Shown: positions 10,732 through 19,991 of the stretch, in pieces
Position numbering within the stretch: the first letter of the stretch is position 1
Layout: the number at the start of each line of letters is the position of its first letter
Source of the DNA: Alkalispirochaeta sp.
GTDB lineage: Bacteria > Spirochaetota > Spirochaetia > DSM-27196 > Alkalispirochaetaceae
Length of the DNA stretch: 64,000 nucleotides
Direction: 5' to 3'
Assembly (NCBI GenBank): GCA_965601925.1
Contig: OZ271854.1
Location: forward strand, 1,824,001-1,888,000
Program-made: the position numbers and the translations under genes
Notes under the pieces: model-generated
Told to the model about the DNA's origin: nothing
Database searches by the model: none
What the model saw: only the letters and a program-made list of their open reading frames with translations

Positions 10732-11904
10732 CTACGGGTCCAAACGGCGATAGTAATAAAGCCGGTGATCCGGAAGGAGTTCGGGATGCAAGATGTGGAT
10801 CAAGTCTTCCAGAACCACGTCGGGGCGGGTCGCGCCGGATTCCCAAAAATCGTTGGCCCCCGACGGACGAGCACGACGATTGAAGTGATACATCGTTCCG
10901 GCACGATAGGGGGCGAACGCCGCGAGGCGACCGTCGGCCGCACGCACGTCCTCGCGTGAGCGCCATGAAAGGTTGAAATTCAGCCACACGTCGGCCTCCG
11001 CCGCGTCCGCCAGCACCGTCTCGATATCAAGGAAGGTGGAGCCCGCGCCGTCGCGATCCGCCCAGATGTAGTGACCGCCCGCGTCGGCAAAGAGGCGCGC
11101 AATGTAGCTGTCCCCGCCGGGGACGGGCCAGCTTCCCTGCCACGGTGCGTTGGCCATCACGGCGGGTCGGTCGGTGGGGCGTATCGACGAGGTCTGCTCC
11201 ACAAGTTCGAGGTAGCGCCGCTCCCGTTCGGTAAAGAGTGCCGCTGCTCGCGCCTCGCGGCCGGTCAAAAGACCGAACAGACGCACCCATTCCGACCGTC
11301 CCAGCGGGCTCTGCTCACGCCAGTCGGCGAGAACGACGAACGGTATACCCGCAGCCCGAATGCGCCGTACCACGGGGTCGTCCGGACCGAACGCGGAGGC
11401 GACGACCAGGTCGGGCGAGAGAGAGATGATCGTCTCCATATCGATTGAGCCGCCGCTTCCGACTTCGACGACGCTCCCCGCTCGAATCATGCTTCGCACC
11501 TCGTCATGGTATACGTATGCCGCGGTATCGACTGCCACAAGGCGATCCAACGCCTCGAGATCTCGCAGATGGGCGATAACCGGTGTTGCGAGCGACACGA
11601 TGCGCCGTACCGGTAGACGAATCACCTCATCGTAGGCGGCGGGGTCCGCCGCGGTCTCCCCGCTCGATAAGACGGCGTAGGTACGTTCGTCCGCTCCCTC
11701 CCACGCGTTGAGGATGCGTACCACCCGGCCCCCGCCGGGACGGCGTTCGATATCGAACGTGTGGGCGTAGCGTACCGGCGAGTCACGATTCGAGACCGCG
11801 TCGGCCGGCGTCTCCTGGGATCGAACGTACGGCGCCGCCACCGCCGTCCACGTAATCACGATCGCTGCGAAGATGCCCATCGAACGTCTTATACGGTAGC
11901 TCAT
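10732..11904 (-). CDS. Cobalamin/iron ABC substrate-binding protein (BtuF-like)
   Basis: Signal peptide; RRIVSL, EQSPLGRSEW and DFWESG...PDVVLEDL motifs. Confidence 0.9.
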   Translation of the reverse strand: MSYRIRRSMGIFAAIVITWTAVAAPYVRSQETPADAVSNRDSPVRYAHTFDIERRPGGGRVVRILNAWEGADERTYAVLSSGETAADPAAYDEVIRLPVRRIVSLATPVIAHLRDLEALDRLVAVDTAAYVYHDEVRSMIRAGSVVEVGSGGSIDMETIISLSPDLVVASAFGPDDPVVRRIRAAGIPFVVLADWREQSPLGRSEWVRLFGLLTGREARAAALFTERERRYLELVEQTSSIRPTDRPAVMANAPWQGSWPVPGGDSYIARLFADAGGHYIWADRDGAGSTFLDIETVLADAAEADVWLNFNLSWRSREDVRAADGRLAAFAPYRAGTMYHFNRRARPSGANDFWESGATRPDVVLEDLIHILHPELLPDHRLYYYRRLDP

Positions 11905-12677
11905 TGCTCCTCCAGTGAGAATCGTATGCGGTGTGCGCTCTCTCTGTCATCCGCACCACGCGGAAATCGCCACAGCCGCGCGGCCCGGAGCGCTTCGGTG
12001 TCGAGCGCCCGAACGCCGCTCGTCTCGGTGATGCTCGCCGACACTACGCGACCGCGCCCATTCACGGAGAGTCGTAGCGCAACCGTACCTTCCAGCCCGG
12101 CACGTCGCGCCGCCTCCGGATATCTCGGCTCGACGTAACGTTCCGGCTCGATCGTCGGAATCGCATCGGTGGTCCCGGCGGCCGACAAGGTGCTTCGCAC
12201 GGAACGGTCGGCAGAGGAGCGGTCCGCAGTGTCGCCGGAGACGATATCTCGCTCCGGAAGATCGTCCGTGTCGTGGGTGAAAGAGGAGAGCCTCTCGTCC
12301 GTCGGCGTTTGAGGGCTGGACGCCGGCTCATGTAAAGCGTTCCCGTTCGCCGCGGGAGGTATCGGCCCGTCCGGTGTCAAAGAGCCGGTCGATCCGGCGG
12401 TCGCGGTCGCCGGTGGGGGAAGGGGTGTTTCGTCGAGAGGTGTTGAGGCCCTCCGCCCGTCGGTCGCAGACTCGCGTTCGTCGTGCTGCGTACGGCTTGC
12501 GGCGACGGGGCGTGCGAATGAGACCTCGATGCGCAGCGCGTCTCGTCCCGGCGACTCATTGTCGTCCATCGGCGGCGAAAGGCGACCGATTGCGACAAAT
12601 AGCGCGCCGTGGAGCGTCGTCGCAGCCAATAGGGAAATGAGGACACGCCGCGTTTCGGTGGCGCCGGTGAGTCTCAT
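11901..12677 (-). CDS. tonB: TonB energy transducer
   Basis: TM helix with SLLAATTLH, Pro/Ser/Thr-rich linker, and a C-domain reading PRYPEAARRAGLEGTV...SGVRALD. Confidence 0.9.
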   Translation of the reverse strand: MRLTGATETRRVLISLLAATTLHGALFVAIGRLSPPMDDNESPGRDALRIEVSFARPVAASRTQHDERESATDGRRASTPLDETPLPPPATATAGSTGSLTPDGPIPPAANGNALHEPASSPQTPTDERLSSFTHDTDDLPERDIVSGDTADRSSADRSVRSTLSAAGTTDAIPTIEPERYVEPRYPEAARRAGLEGTVALRLSVNGRGRVVSASITETSGVRALDTEALRAARLWRFPRGADDRESAHRIRFSLEEQ

Positions 12678-13951
12678 TCCGCCGTTACCATGATCGCGAC
12701 CGGCCCTTGGGAGACCGGTACGGTCTCCGCGACCACGAGGCGACCGTCAGTTTCACGGTTGAATCGTATGATTCTGCTTTCCCAGAAGTCCGAGGCGTAC
12801 ACGGACGATGCGAATACCGCGATATCGGCAATGAGCGTGAGTTCACCACCACCTCCGACCGCATCGTACTCCGACCGGGCGGCCTCTTCCCATCCCGAGA
12901 CGGGGTCGCGATATACCGAGCGAATTCCTTCGGGGCCCGCAAGGTAGAGGCGATGCCCCGCTCCCTCGGCGACAAGTACGCCGCTCCCGGGTGAGCCGCC
13001 GACTTCCACGATATCTCGTACCGCTAAAGTGTCGCGATCGACGACGATGACCCGTCCGTCGTCGGCACCGTTTCCGTCGCTCTGCAAGTTGACGCCGCTT
13101 CCCACCACGAGCATCTCGTTCTCGCTCGCTACATCCACCAACGCGGTCGGATTGAGCCCCGTCGGGTCGAAACCGTCGAATCGCACGAGACGTTCGGAGA
13201 TTATCTCGAGGGTCGGGGTGCCCGACACCGCGCCGGCGATCGCCATCCGGTACTCGCTGAGCGTACCCTCACCGTACCGTTCGGCCGGGGGACTCGAAGC
13301 ACTAAACGCCGTATTGGCTACGATCATTCGTACGCGGCCCGATTCCGCTCCCGCAGTCACCGCGAGTGCTTGGGGCGCGACGCCGGTCGGTAGGGCCAGC
13401 GGCAGCGCAGTCTCGACGCCACCGGACACGCGCCACACGCGGTTGCGGCGATCGTGTACGTCCACCGCTGCGGCGAGAAACGATGTCGTTGCCACGAGTC
13501 CCGCCCCGTCTACCGTCGCCGCGCCGAGTGCGACGCTCTGCATCGGATTTCTCCCCGACCCGAGATCGATGCGCTGTAGGACCGAGAGCGTCGTCTCGTC
13601 CAGTACGAGCACCGCATTTTCGCCCGAGAGCGTGACAAGGAGTTCGTCTTCGGTGTCGCCGTAGGCGATCGCGTTGGGTATGTTGCCGAGCACGAGGACG
13701 TCGTCGTCTACTCCGATGATTGCGCCGTCCTCGTCCAACTCCGCGGACGAAAGCGTCTCCGCGGCGCCGTGAACGATCAATAACTCTCGCGTCGGATCGC
13801 CGTCGCGTCCCTCGCGCGTATCGGGCGCAAACCAGAGCGAACAGTTGGATAACACAACCCCCGCGGCGAGACACGCGAGGGCGACTTTCACCGCTCGGAT
13901 CGTGGGGCGACCTGCTCCTCGATGTATCGACCGGCGGCGGCACCCTACCAC
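12674..13951 (-). CDS. YncE-like beta-propeller lipoprotein (BtuG-like candidate); start may be GTG 13891
   Basis: LSNC lipobox; repeated blade ends LGNIPNAI, LGSGRNPM, TGVAPQAL, VGGSPGSG and VSQGPVAI. Confidence 0.7.
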   Translation of the reverse strand: MVGCRRRSIHRGAGRPTIRAVKVALACLAAGVVLSNCSLWFAPDTREGRDGDPTRELLIVHGAAETLSSAELDEDGAIIGVDDDVLVLGNIPNAIAYGDTEDELLVTLSGENAVLVLDETTLSVLQRIDLGSGRNPMQSVALGAATVDGAGLVATTSFLAAAVDVHDRRNRVWRVSGGVETALPLALPTGVAPQALAVTAGAESGRVRMIVANTAFSASSPPAERYGEGTLSEYRMAIAGAVSGTPTLEIISERLVRFDGFDPTGLNPTALVDVASENEMLVVGSGVNLQSDGNGADDGRVIVVDRDTLAVRDIVEVGGSPGSGVLVAEGAGHRLYLAGPEGIRSVYRDPVSGWEEAARSEYDAVGGGGELTLIADIAVFASSVYASDFWESRIIRFNRETDGRLVVAETVPVSQGPVAIMVTAE

Positions 13952-16005
13952 GATATCTCCGCACGCACTACGAACTCCCGGCCCGGATTGGGGTAGAAGC
14001 GCGTTTCGACGTAGTCCACATCAAGCACATTGTTAACCGCCGCCCCCACAACGATCGACGTGCCGGGGACGGCGAATGCCCCTGAGATATCGACGCCGAC
14101 GTACGGGTCGAGCCAACTCGTGTTTTGGGCGGTAAGCGGCCGCGCACCGACCGCCTGAATCGAGGCGGACACGCGATGTCCGAGGAGATGTACGAATCCC
14201 ATATCGAGCGCGCCGGCAACGCGGGGACGATACGGTAACTGCTCGTCGAAGGTGGGGCCGTCCGTGCGATCCCGCGCGTCCAGGAGCTCGGCCGTAGTGT
14301 CGAGTTCGATGTTCCACGGGCCGATTCCCACCGGTACGCTTACGCCCGATACGATCTCAATACCGACGATACGCGCTTGTCCGGTGTTGCGCGGACTCCA
14401 AATCCCGGTAGGATCCGGTCGCCATTGGATCAGCGCATCGTACCACGCCGCGTGACCGCGTGCTTCGGCCGAGAACACGTCTCCCGCAAGGAATGCCACC
14501 GAGATCTCTACGGTATGAGCGAGCTCCGGTTCGAGATCGGGGTTGCCGACGGCAAAGGCCTCGGCGGGCCAGAAGAGCTCGGAGAAGCTCGGGAGGCGAT
14601 ACCCGCGTCCGGCCGCGACCGACGCGTGGAGTTGTCCGGCTCCGCGAATGGTCCGCGACCACCCTCCGGTCACGCGCGCGCTGGGGAGGAGATAGAGCTC
14701 CTCGTCGTCGGCAATACTCTCACCGCGAACACGGAGAGTGCCGGAGAGGTCGGAACCTCCCGCAAGGCGACCGTTAAGGCGTATCGACGGTGCGAGTGAG
14801 GCGGCCGCGCGCCGCCTGTGTTCGAGGTCGTCGTCGTCGAGCCACTCGCTGCGCGTTTCCAACGGGAACGCCAGTTCTACGATACCCGTCGGAACCCGGC
14901 GCGCCGAAAGATACGCGTCCACGTGCGCCAGTTGCGATCGCCCCGAGAGCTCGCCCAGGGAGTAGTCCGGATCGGAGAACAATCGCTCCCGGAACGACCC
15001 GCCGGTCGACGCTCCTAACTCCCACGCACCGCCTCGGACGCGCGCCGGTGCCGTCACGGTCGCCGAAAACGCGGCGGTGGTATCCTCGATTACCGCCGAG
15101 GAGGAGGGAAACTCGACGCTACCGGGTACTTCGCGCTCGGATCGTGAGAGGCTCAGTTCCCCATCGATCCGCGGAGCGCTCCCGTCGACCCGTCCCGCTT
15201 CGAGGTCGGACGCGCCGAAGAGCCGAATGCCGCCCTCCGCGCCGCCGGCGTTGACGTGCGTCACCGACTCGCCGGCGCGTTCGTAGTCGTAGCTGTTTTC
15301 CGAGAGGACGCCGGTAAGGGCGAGGCCGACCGCGGAGCGCTCGCCGTGACGAGTCAGCTCGGTCTCCAAGCGATACTCACCGAAGCTTCCCCAACCGGCG
15401 CGAGTCGTCCCGACGAAACCCTCCTCGGCTCGTCGCGATGGGCTTGGTTCATTCATCGGAGATGGGGATGCACTTACCACATTTATCGCGCCAGCGGCCG
15501 CCCCGGCTCCGTAGAGCGCCGTCGCGGCACCGCGCACCACCTCGATGCGTTCCACACCGGCGAGGGAGATACGACTCAGATCGGATACCGCCCCGCGAGC
15601 GTCGGTGACCGGGCGTCCGTCGCGCAACAAGAGCACCTGCTCGGCCGTCGAACCGCGAATGCGCAACGTGGCCGCCTCAAAGCCGGATCCCCGGCGTTGA
15701 ATGAAGATACCGGCTTCGGCGACGAGCGCGTCGGCCACCGTCTCATGGCCCGCCCGGCGCGCCTCCTCGGCGTCGATGACGGTCGTGCCCGGTTCCACGG
15801 CCGTGCCCGGCGCCGGTGCGGTAACGACGATAGTGTCGGGGATGATCGTCGACTCTTCGTCCCGCCCCTCCTCGATTGCGGAGTCCGCCCCTTCGTTTGC
15901 CCGGCCGTCGCCACGGGACTCCTGTGCCGGGAGCGCGCCGATTGCGACGAAGGCGCCCAGTGCCACGAGCGGGACGAGGCGAGCAAGGCGTGCCGGATCG
16001 CTCAT
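13945..16005 (-). CDS. btuB: TonB-dependent receptor, probable cobalamin transporter (BtuB-like)
   Basis: TonB-box-like DTIVVTA; plug motifs IRGS, DGRP and ERIEVVRGAATALYG; GNPDLEPE, VNNVLD, PGR; terminal Trp; under a B12 riboswitch. Confidence 0.88.
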   Translation of the reverse strand: MSDPARLARLVPLVALGAFVAIGALPAQESRGDGRANEGADSAIEEGRDEESTIIPDTIVVTAPAPGTAVEPGTTVIDAEEARRAGHETVADALVAEAGIFIQRRGSGFEAATLRIRGSTAEQVLLLRDGRPVTDARGAVSDLSRISLAGVERIEVVRGAATALYGAGAAAGAINVVSASPSPMNEPSPSRRAEEGFVGTTRAGWGSFGEYRLETELTRHGERSAVGLALTGVLSENSYDYERAGESVTHVNAGGAEGGIRLFGASDLEAGRVDGSAPRIDGELSLSRSEREVPGSVEFPSSSAVIEDTTAAFSATVTAPARVRGGAWELGASTGGSFRERLFSDPDYSLGELSGRSQLAHVDAYLSARRVPTGIVELAFPLETRSEWLDDDDLEHRRRAAASLAPSIRLNGRLAGGSDLSGTLRVRGESIADDEELYLLPSARVTGGWSRTIRGAGQLHASVAAGRGYRLPSFSELFWPAEAFAVGNPDLEPELAHTVEISVAFLAGDVFSAEARGHAAWYDALIQWRPDPTGIWSPRNTGQARIVGIEIVSGVSVPVGIGPWNIELDTTAELLDARDRTDGPTFDEQLPYRPRVAGALDMGFVHLLGHRVSASIQAVGARPLTAQNTSWLDPYVGVDISGAFAVPGTSIVVGAAVNNVLDVDYVETRFYPNPGREFVVRAEISW

Positions 16006-16012
16006 GATAGCG

Positions 16013-16777
16013 CTACGGGCTCCTTAGTATCGCAACACCGTCGAGATCAAAGCCGGCGGTACCCGCGGTCGGATATGGGTCGTATATCGCGTTTCCTTCG
16101 TCGTCGAACGTGCCGCCGTCACCTACGATGTCGACGATTCTGACGTAACGGATCGCCGCGAGATCTACGGCCCCCGATGTTACCTGAGGATCGCTCGCTA
16201 ACTGCGACAAGTCAAACGCCGTACCGGTACCCGCCGGATGGAGTCCGGCGAAGCCGGTGTAGAGCGAGGGATCGAGACCGCCGTCTCCTACTGGGCCGCT
16301 TTGTGTCGTCGAGGTAGAAAAGCGCACGAAGTTGACGCCGTCGGACGAGACTTCCACAAAGGCCAGCTCGGCGAACAGGAGATTCGTTCGGGTGTCGATG
16401 AAGCCGTTCTCCCATACCGCGATGTCCGCGCCCCTGCCGTCGGCGAACGTGAGGCCGAACTCGACAGTGATGCTACCGCCGCGCCCCAGAACCACCACAT
16501 CGGTCGAGATACCGCTCACGGGGCCGAACGCCAGCGACTCATCCATGAAACTCGTCGCCTCTAAGCCCGGATTATACCCGCCCGGGCCGAGCGCCGTCGC
16601 CCACGAGACGATCGACGGCGAATCCAACGGCACGCCGTCACCATGCTCGGCCGGGGTAAACGAACCGCCGGAACCGGCTTCGGAACACGCCACCAGAAGG
16701 GCGAGCGTCGCCGCCACGACCGAAGCCGTTGCGGCGCGGCGCATAAACCATAAACGCGATCGCATGCGCGGGGACAT
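16013..16777 (-). CDS. Lipoprotein with an acidic beta-sandwich-like domain (candidate B12-binding)
   Basis: LVAC lipobox; LGRGGSITVEF, ENGF, ELAFVEVSSDG, FDL, YVRIVD and GFDLDGV motifs. Confidence 0.75.
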   Translation of the reverse strand: MSPRMRSRLWFMRRAATASVVAATLALLVACSEAGSGGSFTPAEHGDGVPLDSPSIVSWATALGPGGYNPGLEATSFMDESLAFGPVSGISTDVVVLGRGGSITVEFGLTFADGRGADIAVWENGFIDTRTNLLFAELAFVEVSSDGVNFVRFSTSTTQSGPVGDGGLDPSLYTGFAGLHPAGTGTAFDLSQLASDPQVTSGAVDLAAIRYVRIVDIVGDGGTFDDEGNAIYDPYPTAGTAGFDLDGVAILRSP

Positions 16778-16787
16778 GGGCTACGTG

Positions 16788-17393
16788 TTATTGGCGAACG
16801 GCGCCGTTCGAAGAGCCGGCAAAGTACCCCGCCTCGTTTGTTGCACCCGCCTCAGCATCTGCGGCGGAGTCGAATACTTCATTGATAAAGGGAGAGCTGC
16901 CGTCGGAATCTGAAAACCCTTGAGTAAAGTCGCGATTCGTTGATTCGCTTGTGTTGTCCGCCCATCGGAATACGTTGAACTTACCTACTTCTCCCGTGCT
17001 TTCCCCATTGACTTCGGTGTACTGAATAACTGCGAATCCCGGGTTGCTCGTCGTGGCCCGGCCGCTTGTAAGTGCGGTGTCGCCGGCATTGAGACGACCG
17101 TTCACATAATCGACGATATCCGCTTGATAGGTTGTTGTATATGTCGATCCATCACTGGAAGTTTCGTACTGAACGGCGTTGTCACTTATCGTCCACCGCT
17201 CGTAGAACGGGCCGAAGCCGGTATCGGGAGTCTCGAGCGCCCACGTTCCACCAACGTCGATCGGGTCGTCCGACGAGTCCGAACATCCCGCCAGTATCCC
17301 AAGGGATGCACCCGCAACGAGGGCGACCGATACGATACGTAACAGCACCTTTAGGCGCCTGTTCGACTTTGACTGTGAAAAAAAGAAACCCAT
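16788..17393 (-). CDS. Hypothetical lipoprotein, first gene after the B12 riboswitch
   Basis: LAGC lipobox, AGGAGG RBS, beta-rich mature region with GGTW. Confidence 0.8.
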   Translation of the reverse strand: MGFFFSQSKSNRRLKVLLRIVSVALVAGASLGILAGCSDSSDDPIDVGGTWALETPDTGFGPFYERWTISDNAVQYETSSDGSTYTTTYQADIVDYVNGRLNAGDTALTSGRATTSNPGFAVIQYTEVNGESTGEVGKFNVFRWADNTSESTNRDFTQGFSDSDGSSPFINEVFDSAADAEAGATNEAGYFAGSSNGAVRQ

Positions 17394-17492
17394 AGAAACC
17401 TCCTGTATGCGGAGGCTTGCATGTACCGAAGAGACGGCCCGTGTACGGCCGACCGACGTATCTGCAAGCTCATCTCGCGAAGCTTGGATACA

Positions 17493-17645
17493 GCAACCTT
17501 TTCGTCAAAGTCTCCTGACTTACGGCGTCACCCGTTGCAGCCTTCCCGGAATCGATCCAGTGGCGTCTTGCATCGGGCATACCGAACACAGTGGCGCGTC
17601 CGCGGGGGAATCTCACCCCTCTTCCTTTGAAACGAAAATGTGTGT
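17493..17645 (-). ncRNA. Cobalamin (B12) riboswitch
   Basis: Minus strand reads AAAGGAA-gagggGTGAGATTCcccc-gcggacgcGCCACTGT...GCCACTG...CCGGGAAGGC...AGTCAGGAGAC (B12 box), upstream of btu-type genes. Ends are approximate. Confidence 0.93.
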
Positions 17646-17654
17646 GTGACGACG

Positions 17655-17683
17655 AGTATGGACGCAAAATAGTGCGGCGTCAA
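17655..17683 (-). promoter_or_regulatory. Sigma70-type promoter of the B12 operon
   Basis: TTGACG-17 nt-CATACT, immediately 5' of the riboswitch. Confidence 0.65.
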
Positions 17684-17885
17684 GGCGACGATGCATGGAT
17701 GGAGCAGTAGTGTTGTAAAAACAAACTCTTATTCGGCTATTCATTTTTAAGTATACTTGAACGGTGCGATGAGCGACGGCGTATTACGATACTACGCATG
17801 ACGATGCCGGCTCATTCATAGACCGACGACCGGTACGTACCATCGGACCTCGTCCGGCGACGCGGCCGGGGGCGGCATAGAACGC

Positions 17886-17963
17886 ATGGGACAAAAGGGC
17901 GAGCGGCGAAAACAGCAAATTCTTGAAGCGGCGCGGTGTCTTATCACAGAGAGGATTGTGTGA
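17886..17963 (+). pseudogene. Truncated TetR-family regulator N-terminal remnant (25 codons)
   Basis: MGQKGERRKQQILEAARCLITERIV* resembles TetR helix 1 and stops where G-[YF] and the HTH would begin. Confidence 0.55.
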
Positions 17964-17971
17964 TCGTACAT

Positions 17972-19144
17972 ATGAGAACGTTAAAACGAGCGGTGCTGTT
18001 CCTACTGGGCGTGGGCGCGGCGGTATTCGTCGTCTCCTTTGTTACCGCGTGCACGACGGTTCGATCCGACGTAACGCAGGTCGACTGGTCGGATCAGCCG
18101 ACAGTCGACGGTGTGGACATCCAAACGGTGGTCGACGGGCTGGATCATCCGTGGTCGGTCGCATGGTTGCCCGATCGCGGCTTCCTGATCACCGAGCGCT
18201 CCGGCCGGTTGCTCCGTTTCCGAGACGACGCGACGACCCCCCAAGAGATCGTCGGCGTTCCCGACGTGTTTGCCGAGGGGCAGGGCGGGCTGTTGGATAT
18301 CACGCTCCATCCGCGCTTTGAGGAAAACCGTCTGGTCTATCTGAGTTACGCGTCCGGGACTCGCGAGGCGAACCGTACCCGCGTCTCGCGTTACCGGCTC
18401 GACGGAGATCGGCTCGTCGACGGTGAGCGTATCTTCCAAGTGAACGAGGACAAGAACGGGCGACAGCACTTTGGGTCGCGGTTTCTCTGGCTTCCCGACG
18501 GCACGCTGTTGATCTCGATCGGCGACGGAGGAAATCCGCCGTTGCGATTTGAGGGGGCGTTGCAGCGTGAGCAGGCCCAAGACACCGAGACGCTCTTCGG
18601 GATGGTGGCGCGCGTCGCCGACGACGGTTCTATCCCCGACGATAACCCCTTTCTCGCGGCCGACGGCGTACGGCCGGAGTTTTTCACGATCGGTAACCGA
18701 AACATTCAAGGGATTGCACGCGACGATTCGACCGGCGCGATATGGGTCACCGAACACGGTTCTCGCGGCGGCGACGAGCTAAACCTAGTGCGGGCCGGGC
18801 TGAATTACGGGTGGCCTCTGGTATCGCACAGCCGGGAGTACGTCCGCGGCACGCCGGTCTCGCGCGTTCAGTCGCTCGACGGTTATGAGGACCCGCGTCT
18901 GGTGTGGAGCGACGCAATTGCTCCGTCGGGTTTGGCGATCCGAGATGGTCGTCTGTACGCCGGCGGCCTTAGGAGCCAAGCCGTCCATGAGATCGTCGTG
19001 GTCGACGGAGTATACCAATCGCAACGGACCATTCCGATCGGTGCGCGAGTCCGCGACGTGAGGATCGGGCCCGACGGTGCATTGTACGTACTCACCGACG
19101 AGAGTGAATCGGGACGCCTGCTGCGAATCACGATTCCGGAATGA
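17972..19144 (+). CDS. PQQ-dependent aldose sugar dehydrogenase (YliI/glucose-sorbosone type), probable lipoprotein
   Basis: GLDHPWS, GQGGLLDI, QHFGSR, GNRNIQG, EHG, DELN, NYGWP and APSG motifs; VTAC lipobox. Confidence 0.92.
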   Translation: MRTLKRAVLFLLGVGAAVFVVSFVTACTTVRSDVTQVDWSDQPTVDGVDIQTVVDGLDHPWSVAWLPDRGFLITERSGRLLRFRDDATTPQEIVGVPDVFAEGQGGLLDITLHPRFEENRLVYLSYASGTREANRTRVSRYRLDGDRLVDGERIFQVNEDKNGRQHFGSRFLWLPDGTLLISIGDGGNPPLRFEGALQREQAQDTETLFGMVARVADDGSIPDDNPFLAADGVRPEFFTIGNRNIQGIARDDSTGAIWVTEHGSRGGDELNLVRAGLNYGWPLVSHSREYVRGTPVSRVQSLDGYEDPRLVWSDAIAPSGLAIRDGRLYAGGLRSQAVHEIVVVDGVYQSQRTIPIGARVRDVRIGPDGALYVLTDESESGRLLRITIPE

Positions 19145-19211
19145 CGGTGCGTGCCGCCGTGGAAACCGTGCGTTTGCGCCGAAAGTGCAACCGGGAGGAG
19201 CGACAGGGTTC

Positions 19212-19991
19212 ATGTTTGCCGATCTTCTACAACTCGACCACGTCACGGTCACGATGGCACCCGGCGATGTTGCAGCCATCGAGGAGCGTTTGCAGGACCT
19301 CCAACGGGTCGTGCGGATTGCCGGACGCGAGACGACGCACGCCGAGTCGGGCTCCTGGAATGCACTCTACCTCGGAAACCCCACGGGCTACGTTGAAATC
19401 ATCGAGAGTGATACTCCCGTTCAATCACCGTGTTCGGTATCCCTGCGATCGCGAAAAAAGGGAACGTTGGACGATCTCCAACGGGCGTTGGAAGCGCGGT
19501 CGGTGGCGCACACTCTCTATACGGAGCGCCTCACCGACGGCACCGAGTCGATGGATTGGTTCCGGTGTATCGAGGTCGGTATGGACCAAGGGCGGATGCC
19601 GCTGTTCTTCAACGAGTACTGCAAAGCGTTTTTGGAGGACTGCGGTCTAACTGAAGAGACCATGGATCGTCTTGGAAAGCCGGATGCCGCCGCGGCGCCG
19701 TTCGGCTTCGATTCGGTTGCGGTGCGAGTCGAACGACCCGACGACGCGCTCCTGTCGGTCCTCGACCCACAATGGGCCCGCGATGGATCGGGACCGCAAC
19801 GACACGCGCTTTGTCTCGGAGACGGACGGAGTCTCGTTATCGAATCGTCGTTACCGACGGGGCTCTCGGCGGTCGGGGTTCCGGCATCCGACGTTTTGGA
19901 ACGAGCGATCAATACCGACGGTGGATGGGTCGTATGTACCGTCGGAAGCACTCTCGTTATGCGCCACCGCGATGAGCCCGATCGACCGTGA
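19212..19991 (+). CDS. VOC/glyoxalase-like hypothetical protein (DUF5829-like)
   Basis: LDHVTV...SWNALYLG...YVEII...WF pattern; GGAGG upstream. Confidence 0.5.
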   Translation: MFADLLQLDHVTVTMAPGDVAAIEERLQDLQRVVRIAGRETTHAESGSWNALYLGNPTGYVEIIESDTPVQSPCSVSLRSRKKGTLDDLQRALEARSVAHTLYTERLTDGTESMDWFRCIEVGMDQGRMPLFFNEYCKAFLEDCGLTEETMDRLGKPDAAAAPFGFDSVAVRVERPDDALLSVLDPQWARDGSGPQRHALCLGDGRSLVIESSLPTGLSAVGVPASDVLERAINTDGGWVVCTVGSTLVMRHRDEPDRP

